Below, in pieces: positions 39,993 through 52,118 of a stretch of DNA of 64,000 nucleotides. Under the pieces are notes generated by a model. That model saw only the letters and a program-made list of their open reading frames with translations, did no database searches and had not been told where the DNA came from. A program made the translations under genes and the position numbers. Source of the DNA: Epiperipatus broadwayi (taxonomy: Eukaryota; Animalia; Onychophora); contig JAQFVV010000007.1 of the NCBI GenBank assembly GCA_028023455.1, positions 7,316,001-7,380,000 on the forward strand, in the 5' to 3' direction. Positions within the stretch are counted from its first letter, which is position 1. Each line of letters opens with the position of its first letter.

Positions 39993-41149
39993 TGACTGAA
40001 AAGATGGATCCTTTCAATCTTTACAATATATTTTTGTATTTTTGAGTACAACTGAATTTTTGTAATTATTCATAATCAAGTTTTAAAAAAAAACAGAATA
40101 TAAACAATGGCACCATATTTCCAGTATTGGAAACAAAATTTGGATATGTTAAAAATTGTTACTAAAACTTTTGAGCTTATAATGGCAGCAATTAAAAAGA
40201 AAAGGAAGTTTTAGTTAAACAATCAAGAGAAATTAAGATTTCATTCTTTATTTTTTTTCTTTTTGTTTTAATTAACTGTAAATGCTTTTTAAGGAAATAA
40301 ATGAAAGCCATCTAGTGGGCATCACTGCAAACTTACTGAACTTATTTCATCATGGATTGAAATATAGATCATCACCACTATTATGCTGGATAATCTGAAA
40401 TATTAACTTGTCATCCATTTGACAGAATGTGTTCAAAATCAGTTACAGGATTTTTTTTAAAAAAAATTGTTTTATTAAATAAATGTATTTATTGTAAAAT
40501 ATTGTATGATAATTTTGGCATGGGATAAGTATACATATTAAGTTTAGATAGTAATGAAAAGAATATATAATGATGTCTGGGTATGTTAAAATCTGAATGC
40601 AGTGAAGAATCCTGGTTGAAGTTGGTTCTCATATTTTTAATAAATAAAAAAACATATTTTGTACTAATACTAATATTTTACGAAATTCATATTTCAGTGT
40701 CCATAAATTTAAATTTTATTGGAATGGTAGTTATTTCACCATAGTCATAGAATGGTAATGATTCAAACTGATCATCCATTTATAGTAAAATTTTATTCTT
40801 ACTACTCATGTGTAAGTAAACAAAATAAATGGATTTTGATTTTAGCATTTTTATTAGATAGTGGAATATGAATTATTTTGCTATCAAATTAAATGCCAAA
40901 ATAATAATTTTTAGTGAACTTACAATTATGCTAAAAAATACTGTATACATTTAAAAAGATTTGAATGGTTTATTATTTGAAAGTTCACAGGAAATTTGAA
41001 GAATGGAAAAAAGTTCTATCCCTTAGTTATATGTTCTTCAATTCTAAATAAAAAGCTGTTTTTCCTATTTCTTTTTTTTGTAAATAAAATCTCAATGATG
41101 AAACATAATAACAAGTAGATTATAAATCATTAGTTGTGATACTAGACAG

Positions 41150-42650
41150 GAAATCAACAATGGCCCACTTTGGAACTAGATTGAATAAATGTTTGCTGCT
41201 AGTAATGGTTGAATGTTTGCTTAAACATAACCTGCACACTACAGATGTGGAAAAATCTAGAAAAGGAATTTAAGAGTGATATGTTTTCCATAATTTGTCT
41301 AGGTTGTTGTGCCTAAAAAATAATTTTAAAATCTAAGGATAGTGAAGTAAGAGGTTGTGGCATTAGTTAAAAAAAGGATTTTTATTATTATTTACATGGA
41401 GGTAAATGTATTGTGTAATCTTTCCTTATTATGAAATCTTTAAAACCTAATGGAGAACAATATGCGTAACTAAGAAATTGTCAGGGTTTAAGACTGCAAG
41501 AGTTACTTCTATTAAACATCATCTTCCATATGGAAAAAAAATTAAAAAAACATATAGATCACTACAGTTTTTTAAAGAGACTATTGCATAAAATTACACT
41601 TCATAGTATTGGATTTTTGGTCTTCTCTATTACTGGCATTATAGAAGTACCAATGAAAAACAATGCTTTAGAACTTGGTGTGTCAATAATATGCATACAA
41701 TTAACCAGTGCTTATGTTCCCACATTAGATTGAAGTATTAAATATATAAAAAAAGTATTCTTCATTGGGCAATTACCAAAAGTCTGGAAAAAACAATTTT
41801 TCTTCTTCAATATTTTAATGCATGTGTTGGAAAGAATAGCAAAGTTTCCCCAAAGTTTCTGGTAATAATAGGGTTGGTTATGTAATTTTAAATGATTGGA
41901 ATGTTCAACAAACCCACTTGATCATTGAGAATACTTTCTTTAAGGATAAAAGTTGCTGTAACTGCACATATCCATATCTAGAGCAAAAATGGTTTATATT
42001 ACAAGAATATTTACAAGTGCAGATTTCTGGATAGATAATAGAGGTATACACTCCATGGTAAAATAGTAATTGCATTAAAATAGATTCTATTCCAATCATA
42101 CTCATATAAAATTTGACATTCATTCTTTGGAAGAATTTACTGTTTATGTTAAATTCCAGCAATTATTAAACACTAAAATTGTCAATTTGAATTTGCAGGA
42201 TTATCCTCCAAAATATAGAATTCTGCATTAAGTAGTGCATTGAAGATACAAATAAATAATTTTGGGTTCAATAAAAAGATAAATTCTGATTGGTTCTCTT
42301 CCAAAAATCCTATTATAAAAGACTTGATTAAAACAAAATACAAGGCACTTTATGCTTGGAAACATGGAGTATTGAGCTTCATAAGCAGTATGAAAATTGT
42401 GGGCAGAAGTATGATAATTGAGAATTTAGGACTTAAATATGATTGAAGGATTAAAAATCTGACAGAAAATATAATCATTCATATAATGGCTAGTCATATC
42501 TTTTTATAAAGCATTAAAAATAACATATGGACTTTCCATTGATGATTTTTTTCATTATAATTGAAACACATGACATTTTGAACACTATTTGAAATATGTG
42601 ATAAAAACTAAAATAAAGTTTTCAATGATATATCCATCTTATCTATTCAT
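41150..42650 (+). mobile_element. Possible decayed L1/Tx1 ORF2 3' half
   Basis: Weak motifs only: EKKLKK...KRLLHKITL, NPIIKDLIKTKYKALYAWKHGVL and IIETHDI..LFEIC (zf-RVT-like). Confidence 0.3.
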
Positions 42651-42837
42651 TCAGATATGAACAAATATATCTAGTTTAGTGAAGTTCAAACATCTTCTTT
42701 TTAAAGAAATGACTTCAAGCTTTCAGGAAAAGGCAGAAATTATAAAATATAATAAAAAAAAACTGCTTAGATGGCCAAATAAGCTATAAAATGAAAAAAA
42801 CCTGTGGCAATGACTAGCCTATGCAATATCCATTTAC

Positions 42838-42959
42838 AATCTATAATATTAATAAGCCAATAAGCTGATACACATGCGCTTTGCAGATGTCACTATATAA
42901 ATTAATACTCCTGCAAAGCGCATGTGTATCAGCTTATTGGCTTATTAATATTATAGATT
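42838..42959. repeat. Perfect 49-bp inverted repeat with 24-nt spacer
   Basis: 42838-42886 is the exact reverse complement of 42911-42959, checked base by base. Confidence 0.95.
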
Positions 42960-43082
42960 ATATATATAAAAAAAAAACCACATCGCGCTATATAAAAAAA
43001 TAAATGTCTTGTTTAAATATCCATTTACTATTAAAAACATTTTTATAATTGACATAAATATTTTAAAATGATATTATTATTA

Positions 43083-43193
43083 TTTTTTTTTCCTATGTCA
43101 TAGCATCTGCCGGGACGCTAACCCACACCCGTCTGCAACCAACTACTTGCTTGCATGGCGGCTGCGATACCTCTCGGCTAACAACGCAAGACA
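43083..43193 (-). mobile_element. tRNA-derived SINE, best-preserved copy
   Basis: Minus strand has an A-box-like TAGCCGAGAGG (43170-43180), a B-box-like GGGTTAGCGTCCC (43112-43124) and an A-rich tail. Confidence 0.8.
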
Positions 43194-44622
43194 AATATTA
43201 TTATTATTTTGGGGGAAAAAAGTTCATTTCTTTGTCTTTACTAGAACAATGTAAAAAAAAAAACCAATAACATCTTTTTCATGGTTAAAAAAACATGAGA
43301 TAATTCTAACAATACAATTATTTTATATTTAGTATAAAAAATCTTCCAAAATAATGAAAATATTTTTGAGACAAAGAAATTACATTTAGAAAAAAAAAAC
43401 ATTTCTGCTTTATTATCATAATGGAAATAATTCTAACGTTAGAAGTTTCTTATTGGTTAATTAATAAATCAATCATTTAGGAACAAATACAAAATAAAAT
43501 ATAGAACCACAAAACAATAGATTGGAAATGTTTAATGTAAAATTACAACAAAACCTGCCATCACTAGATAATTAATAAAAAAAAATTCAGAATAAATGCA
43601 AAGTGCTTATTATTTATGTATAGTTTTAGCAGGGAAATTACCATTTAAGCAGTTTTTAATTTATTCTGATAAAAACATAGTAAAAAAAAAATATAGATGG
43701 ATATTAGAAAAGAAATAATTTGAAAACAAACGCTATAAACTAACAGAAAATATGAAATAGCTAAATCAAAGAACATAGATGCTACGAAGAGTGTCATTGG
43801 CTAATATAAAATGTTTACATAATAAGCCGTTTTAGCACTTTTTCATTAGGGTCATATTTTTCAAAACTTATTAGAACAAGTTTGTCCAGATAAACCACTT
43901 TAAATTTTCATCTATTTTATTTTGTTAAAAATTTTTTCTTTTTCAGTTGAAATAAGGATCACATTGATGAGTCAAAAGTGAAATAAATATTAGACATTTT
44001 GTATTAAAGTAATTTTTTTCTCGTTTCATTTTTCTTTTTCTAATAATGTGTTATTATTTTTATTGAGAAGTATATATTAAGTTAAAATGACATTTTAATA
44101 AATAATAAAAAGATACAGGAAATTCAAAGTCTTATTTCCCAAGCATCGATCATTTTGTTTTTATCTGATCACCATCAATGTTTCATGAGAGAGAGCGAGA
44201 AAACTTGAATTGTATAATTTTACAATATACTTCAAGTTGTCAGTCAGAAATGTAAATGTTGAAGTAAAACTGCTTTTGATTAAAATGAATAAAAGAATAA
44301 AATGCATAAGAAGTTAAACTGGAAGAGAGAATCTTAATTTTAAATTTTAGAAAAGTCCTTCATTCTTTTTCATATGAATGAATTGAAGACTGTCATTGGG
44401 TTTCCTTATCTTCATCTTTATTTAAAATATTTTGAAGGCAATCCTAACATAATTTATTGAGAAAAGATTAAGAAAATATAATAATTAAAGAAAAACAAAT
44501 AAATATATATAAATTGCACTCAGCAAATATAATTATTTAATTCATTACTCATTTAAACCATTAAACTTTTTCATAATAACGTGTCTTCTGCATTGCACAA
44601 GCAACAATATATATATATATAA

Positions 44623-44985
44623 GGGACTTGAATTCGAACTTTCAAGCTCCCTACATATATTCAATCTATCTTATACAACTGATACACATGCCCATCTACA
44701 TGTGAAAAAGATCAACGATCTCCAATATATGTATTTTGTGCTGAACTAGTACTCATCATTTGGTCCAGATCACCATCTCCCACACATGTATACAATCAGT
44801 GCTCAGTTTATATTAAGATAGCAAATCTTTAAAATTTAATGGATAAGCTTCAATATTCTCCACTCTCAAATCTTTAGCCATCTATTTCATTGAAAATGTG
44901 AGGATGGAATGCTCAAAGCCTTTGTTGATACCAATATTATTGTCATACCCATGTTGACCTTAAGTCAACTTTGACCCCTCACCCA
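44623..44985 (-). mobile_element. Hammerhead-bearing repeat, copy 6 (inactivated core 44721-44766)
   Basis: Minus strand reads tgatct gga CCAA aTGATGA gtact agttc AGCAC aAAA tacata TA TTGG agatc. It is preceded on the plus strand by a TA run. Confidence 0.8.
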
Positions 44986-45089
44986 TAGGGTATGTCCATT
45001 TAATTATACATAAGAAAGATAGGCAGAATACAGGCTGTTTATGTAATACTTAAAATATATATATTATGTCTATAACAAATTTAATGTAC

Positions 45090-45235
45090 ATCTATTCAAA
45101 TAATCTTATACAACTGATACACACGATCACATACATGTAAAAAAGATAAATGATCTCCAATATACATATTTCATGTGGAACCAGCACTCATCAGTTGGTC
45201 CATATCACCATCTTCCACATATATACTGAGCACTT
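45090..45235 (-). ncRNA. Hammerhead-bearing repeat, copy 7 (core 45156-45200)
   Basis: Minus strand reads ggACCAA CTGATGA GTGCT ggttc cacat GAAA tatgta TA TTGG agatca; helix II is imperfect. Confidence 0.75.
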
Positions 45236-45244
45236 ATTGCATAC

Positions 45245-45407
45245 GTGTGTGGGAGATAGTGATCTGAAACAGCTGATGAGTGCTGGTCCTGCATGAAATA
45301 TGTAAATTGGAGATAATTTATCTTTCTCACATGTGGTCATATGTACCAGTTGTATAAAATAGATTGAATAGTAGGAGGGAGTTTTAAAGTTCGAGTTCAA
45401 ATCTCTT
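45245..45407 (+). ncRNA. Hammerhead-bearing repeat, copy 8 (core 45268-45311; inverted relative to copy 7)
   Basis: Reads aacag CTGATGA GTGCT ggtcc tGCAt GAAA tatgta aa TTGGA gata. The cleavage triplet is mutated. Ends gagttcaaatctc. Confidence 0.75.
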
Positions 45408-45677
45408 ACCATTACATTTAGTTTGGTATTCACAGCATATATCTATTTAAATATATATATATATAGAGAGAGAGGGGGGGGAGAGAGACAGAGAGAAATG
45501 CATTTTACTGATTTATGATGTAGTTTTAATTCTTAGAAATTGAAATAAGTTACATTAACGAAATAGTAATCTTAAACAAGTTCCACTGCTGATTTTTGAA
45601 TGTTATTTAATTCTAATATTTATCCGAAGCAGCTTTTATGCAACCAATAACAATACTCATATATACCTCCAGTTAAA

Positions 45678-46001
45678 TTGACTCCTTATGTCATATACAA
45701 AATCACCTGCCCCCATAATAACTGTCACACCACATATTACAATGAAACCAAGGTAAATATTGCAAACAGACTATCCAAGCACAAATACTTATGTAATAAA
45801 ACCAAAACCAAGGCACAGGGTAATTTAGTATTTGCTGAACATGAGAAAATGTCCAGCCACATTTTTCATCCATCATCAGCAAGTATTGTGAGTACTGAGA
45901 GAAACAATGCAAAATGCAAAGTTAAAGAGGCTTGTTACATAGCAAATGATCTCACTGCAATCAACAAAAAAGAAGCTTGCTTCTGCATATCAAGAAAATA
46001 G
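45678..46001 (+). pseudogene. Penelope-like GIY-YIG endonuclease domain fragment
   Basis: VIYKITCPHNNCHTTYYNET...RLSKH...FAEH...SHIF...KVKEACYI...IN matches the GIY-YIG layout of Penelope-like elements. Confidence 0.85.
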
Positions 46002-48020
46002 ACATTATAACATATGCACATAAATTTACATACATTTGCATATCACACTCAGTATAAATGTTTTTACACTACATGCCTAGCTATGAATATGGGAGTAAAT
46101 ATCTCCCAAAAGTGCTTAGCTTAGTACTCAACTAAATTTAAAAGCTTCATTGTCCATGCACAAAGTATTTATAGAATTATATATATCAGAGAAGTAAAAC
46201 TTTATTTATTTCAATAGATAGTTAAAAAATGTCTATAAACTAGCTATCCAGGAAAAAAACCTGAGTTTAAATAGAAGCTGGAGTTGAAACAGATTTTAAC
46301 CTAGATAAGATACATGGGGATAATTTTACTACTACTGCATAAATCAGAAATAAATGCCACTGTAAATTATTTGAGATAGAGAGATATTTCATTGACCTAC
46401 TAATTTAAACATTATTTAGTTATACACAATTGTAGTAGCAGAAATTAAATCCAATGTTTGATATCATTTACATTTTCCTATTAGCATTAGCATTCAAGGC
46501 TACCCTTTAGAGAAAATTCATATTTATACAAAAATAAATACTGATTTTAGTGAAACATAGAACATTGTAAAATGTTGGGCAATCATACTAAACCAATTGG
46601 GAAACAAATAGTAAAAATTAAAAGCTGCATTTATAAAATGTGGAAGAATATATGTCTGTAAAATCACCACTTTATTGATAAATGATTAAAAGAGTACAAA
46701 ATAATGATAAAGTTGAGGTGAGGAATGTTTTCAAACAAAATGTGTATCTACATTGTAATGATTATTTACTTTTCAAAAAGTGTTTAATATGAAAAAAAAC
46801 CAACCCCTACCTTGTGTGAGATGTGTGGAAAAGGGCATTGAACTACTGACATGAATGCAAAAATTCTAGTGTTGAATAGTTCAGAGCTCATCTGAAAAAT
46901 GAAAATTGTTCACAAAATGCATGCATGGTGAGAGAGGATCATCAGAGCTTTAGTAATAGAAGGTAGTTGTGATATAATTAAGTTGAGATGAATGCATTTA
47001 TAAAAGCAACAAAACAACAACATTCTAGGCTATACATATATGCATACATTATTCTTATCTGCAGCAATTTTCTTCCATTTTAGGGAGAACAAAACCCATG
47101 TCCATAATGTTTCTTGAGTGTCTACAATCACACTAAGTCTCCTGTAACTTCACCCATCCATCCAGGGATCAAACTAATCAATAAAGTTCTTAAAATAATT
47201 TTGTTGCCATGGATAAATTGATATTTGGCAGTACTTGCTGTTGACTCTTCCGTCGTATTTATTGTTATAAATTGAAGCAATAGAAATATTATCACTTTTT
47301 TACGATTGTAAAAAAAATGATAATATTTACCTTTAAATAAAAAAAAAACTGGATTTTTCTATTATCATTACCACCATCACACAAACCACAAACTTAATAA
47401 GTTATTCTAGTAAATCTTCTTTCTTTGTTCTTTAATTACGTGTACAATTCTCTCATTAACATTAATATCAAAGTTTTCAGTTTCCTTTCCCTTTTTATTA
47501 AAAAAATCATTTATATCATATGCATGAATTGTAATTCTTTTTAAATTTTACTATAAGTAAATTATATAATAATCATATAATTATTGTTCAGATGATCATG
47601 TGATGTTGAAACATCAAAATGATAGGTGAGACCAAGTTCTATTCCTCTAACAAACTGAGTCCTTTATTTTCCTTAGAAGGGAATCAATTTATCAATATTT
47701 TACCTCTTGATTATGATACTCTTCTATTGATATCTATTTACATGCAAATGTAGTAACACTCAACAAATATAAATTATAATATATTTAAATATATATTACA
47801 ATTTGATTTGCAGATGTCGAATCCATTCCACTCATAATTTTGTCATCATCCACACTAAATACATTCAGAAATGATAATTACTAATCATTTATTAAGTTAA
47901 AGATTATGGTGTCACTCCTAGTCTAAATATTAACTTTAATACCAGTTAAAAATTAATACATCTATAATAAATGATTAGAAATAATCATGACTATATTAAT
48001 ACAAAATATGGTGTTAAAGT

Positions 48021-48062
48021 ACCAAAACTGCTAATTTAGCATGAAATGTATCATGGAAATCA
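48021..48062 (+). repeat. Very decayed hammerhead-repeat remnant (copy 10)
   Basis: ACCAA aa ctgct aattt AGCAt GAAA tgta TC atgga aatcat resembles the reverse complement of 48398-48437, with CUGAUGA deleted. Confidence 0.4.
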
Positions 48063-48405
48063 TGTATAGTGGAATGTAGGTTTTAAATATATCTTATAAA
48101 ATATACTGTAAAACATATTGAACCTTTGAACAATATTCAATATTATATATAAAAAAGCTGCAAATAGTACATGATATAAAATGTTAAAATACTACACCAA
48201 TTTGCAACATAGAATAGCAAACTATAAACTGGTGTTATTATGCCAGAAGATGAAATGATCTTGTAATCAATAATATTTTTGTAGTGTTATTTTAACTACA
48301 CCACTCTCATGCAAGGTAAGGACTGGTTTCTATCTACTTTTAACACCTTGTGGAGAGATATAATCATGACTATATAACCAAAACATGTAAATAAAAACTA
48401 TGATT

Positions 48406-48450
48406 CCCAAGATACAAATTTCATGCTGAACTAGCACTCATCAGTTGGCC
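48406..48450 (-). ncRNA. Hammerhead ribozyme-like core, copy 9 (most canonical complete core)
   Basis: Minus strand reads gCCAA CTGATGA GTGCT agttc AGCAT GAAA tttgta TC TTGGg. All catalytic-core bases are present, with G.U at the base of helix II and an AUC cleavage triplet. Confidence 0.75.
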
Positions 48451-48736
48451 CATACCACAATCTCTTACACATATCTTTATCATTGTTTAGTATATATACA
48501 AAGCAAATAATGACAGTTTATTTGATAGGTGTCAAACATATTGCCCCTACAACTTTGACACGAATCACTTAATGAAAGTATATGAATATTTTTTTATTAC
48601 TCATTCATTAGACTAGAGATTTTCAAAAATGAATAATATTTCTGTAGTATTTTTATCATTGCACAACTCTCATATAAGATAGGGATGGGTTTCTATCCAC
48701 TTTTAACATGTTTAATACTTATGAATTAATCTACAG

Positions 48737-48740
<4 letters not shown>

Positions 48741-48789
<49 letters not shown>
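48741..48789. repeat. (TA)n run abutting the assembly gap
   Basis: TA repeat up to the first N. Confidence 0.9.
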
Positions 48790-49289
48790 NNNNNNNNNNN
48801 NNNNNNNNNNNNNNNNNNNNNNNNNNNNNNNNNNNNNNNNNNNNNNNNNNNNNNNNNNNNNNNNNNNNNNNNNNNNNNNNNNNNNNNNNNNNNNNNNNNN
48901 NNNNNNNNNNNNNNNNNNNNNNNNNNNNNNNNNNNNNNNNNNNNNNNNNNNNNNNNNNNNNNNNNNNNNNNNNNNNNNNNNNNNNNNNNNNNNNNNNNNN
49001 NNNNNNNNNNNNNNNNNNNNNNNNNNNNNNNNNNNNNNNNNNNNNNNNNNNNNNNNNNNNNNNNNNNNNNNNNNNNNNNNNNNNNNNNNNNNNNNNNNNN
49101 NNNNNNNNNNNNNNNNNNNNNNNNNNNNNNNNNNNNNNNNNNNNNNNNNNNNNNNNNNNNNNNNNNNNNNNNNNNNNNNNNNNNNNNNNNNNNNNNNNNN
49201 NNNNNNNNNNNNNNNNNNNNNNNNNNNNNNNNNNNNNNNNNNNNNNNNNNNNNNNNNNNNNNNNNNNNNNNNNNNNNNNNNNNNNNNNN
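48790..49289. other. Assembly gap (500 N)
   Basis: Run of exactly 500 N. Confidence 0.99.
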
Positions 49290-52118
49290 AAACCCAACTT
49301 AACAGCTCAGATAGCAGAAATCGACGGCACAGTGCTATGCGCCAAGAACTAGCTCAATGGTTGGTGAGGACTAGAGATTCCTGAGTAACACTCATATCTA
49401 AGAATTTATATACTTTGAATAATCTTATAAATCGAATCATATGTATGTTCGGGTTGCCAACACAGACAGCGAGTATTAACATTTAAATAATTATCAAAAG
49501 AATGATGAACTAAGAAACCAAGTATGTTAGAAAATATTTAATACTAATAATAATTTGTTTTGTTCAATAAAATATAAATAGCATTAGTTACCTCTAGTCT
49601 TTAAAAGCATTTATAAATATAATCAGAGTAGCGGTCCTTATCATATGCCAATGGAAATTACGCAATATTGGAATTCTATGTCTATGCCCCCAACAAGAAA
49701 ATATAAAGGTGGATAAAAGTATTTATTTAGAACGGAAATGATTGTTCTAATTTTATTACGGTGGAATATGAGATTTATCTTCACATTCGGAAATCTATTC
49801 ATGAAGAGCAAAACGTATTTTAAGGCATAACTTTAATCTTTATTTGAAAACTTATTTAATTAAACATATTTGAGAATTGGTTCGACTTTAATTTAAATCA
49901 CTTCATCACGAATTACGAGTACGGAGCGGGTTTTACCGGGACAAAAATGCAACGGAGCTTGACCTATTACGAGGCAGAGAGTCAAATTTAAAGATGATCG
50001 CTAGTCGATGATCGAAGTCTTATGGCGGCTTGCATTTGGCAAGTCTTACGCCCTTTGACTAATGAATCGGAAAGGAAGTACTTTCTTCCTGGAAAAATTT
50101 AAATAAGAGAATGATCACCGACCAGCCTAACGGAGCGGAAGATGGCCCTACGTCAGCAACGTTTGATGATGATGACTTGGTAGTCATCGTTGAAAATAAA
50201 ACCCATGTAGAATGCTCTACGTGATGACTTGACCAATTAATTAAAGTCAAACGAGCTTTAAGAAAACTATTTGAAAGTATTGGAAACTATGTTAACTATG
50301 CCTTAATATCGTGCCCTTCCTGAATATTAATATAAAATAACAAAAGTGGAATTAAAATACATTTAACCCTTTATCGACCCTTTTTGCAATAAGACATTAA
50401 AGATTATATTTGCATAAATAAATATTAGTGGAACAAGAAAATCATTTAACATTATGTGAATATATATAAATACTTATAACTTAGATAGGAGCTGGGGACA
50501 TAGGTGAAAAATTGAGCTAATAGTTTATTATTAGCCAATTATAAAAATAATAAACATGTAATATTTTCTTTCGACTCGATGATTAATAGAACTTTCAAAT
50601 TTAGTTCTAATGGGCGAGAATTACTATTTGAAATTAATATTATAATATTTGCATGAGGCAAATGGAATCAAAGGGCTCATCGAGTCGAAAGATTATTGGC
50701 ATATAATTTTTAAATACGACATTAATAAAGCACACTAACATATATATATATTAAACGAACCGCCAGGTAAGAAAAGAAAAAGTTTAAAGACTAGAGATTG
50801 AAAGAATTACAATATAAATTTATAGTAGCATTTTATAAAGATTTTTACATTAAATAATAAAGAGCTCTTAAATAGGAGGGGTGTAAAATAAAGTTCGAAC
50901 TGGCCAGAAAGTTTAACGTTCATTATAGAAATATATTACCCATTCCGCTGGTCCTTAAGTTACACCTCCAAGTTGTTGAAAACGTAGGCATCATTGGTTA
51001 ACTACTGGAACAGTATTTTAGTAGCTTTCATAATTTTAGCAGAATGATCGATCCGGAAAATGGTTCAGCAGCTCCAGTGAAGATTTCTCAGGACTTTAGG
51101 AACCATAGCCAGATTCCTGATGTTCTAGCCCTCTATCATGATGAAATACAATTTTTATACGCACAGAGTTCACTGCACTACTCTAGAACAAAGCTAGTCT
51201 TTTTTTTCTGACTTTTCAGGGCTATATATATTGTCCAGATGCCTTAAGGCTAGCGCTCATTTTATTATCAATTAGTTGTTTTCCAATACATTCCTTCGGT
51301 AAGGCTTTCAAACTAATTATTGAATTCCTTTCCTAATTAGACTAATTTTTTTTTGAATTCCTTTCCCAATTAGAAAATGAATTCTTAAAATCTGAAATGA
51401 TTTTAATTAGAAATTGAATTCTTATCTTTTTTTAATTAATAAAACTTTACTGTTGTTTTTGAGAATTTGAAAGCCCATGGAAGGAATGTAGCTTTTAATC
51501 GCAAACTTTAACAAATTATTTAAAAGTACAAAAAAAAACAAGTATTCCCGACGCAATGAAACTTTCGAAAATTATATATATTTAAATATTTACAAATATA
51601 TACGCACAATCCACGCAATTGTAATATATATAAATTCATGAATATTTTATCATGAATTTATTAAGAGAATTGCTCAATTTTAAACTGAAACTAATTGATT
51701 TTAATACACATTTGAAATAAATTATTCATTATGGAAATTAGCGTGGATTGAACGTATAAAGCCCCATTGCATCGGAAATTTAAGGTTAGTATTAGGGTAA
51801 CTAACATGAAGCTAGGATCGAACTCAGATCCGACTGCTTCATTTCTTTTCACTTCAAAAAAAAAACAATGAAAAAAAAAATGACTTTACTTATGCAGGAT
51901 ATAGTTGCATAAGTGTATAGACTCTGGGAGAACAGCATGAGCGTGAATAATATAACCTGCCCAAGCTACAAATTATTATACATGTCTCACTGCGATCCAT
52001 TTTTTAATATTCAACTTATAAATGGGTTTATAATAAATCGGTCCGATAATCAAGTCTCATTTCCCTATGGTTGTATCAGTCGGTCCTCTGTATATATATC
52101 TGTCATTTAATAAATGTC

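Noticed and set aside
43083-43193. Possible tRNA gene
   Set aside because: Degenerate B-box, no clean cloverleaf, an A-tail and a TSD-flanked paralogue indicate a SINE.
46600-46950. Possible LINE 3' zinc finger (CEMCGKGH)
   Set aside because: A single short motif amid stops; too weak to call.
48708-49352. ORFs of 214 aa and 185 aa in the ORF track
   Set aside because: Artefacts of the TA repeat and the N gap.
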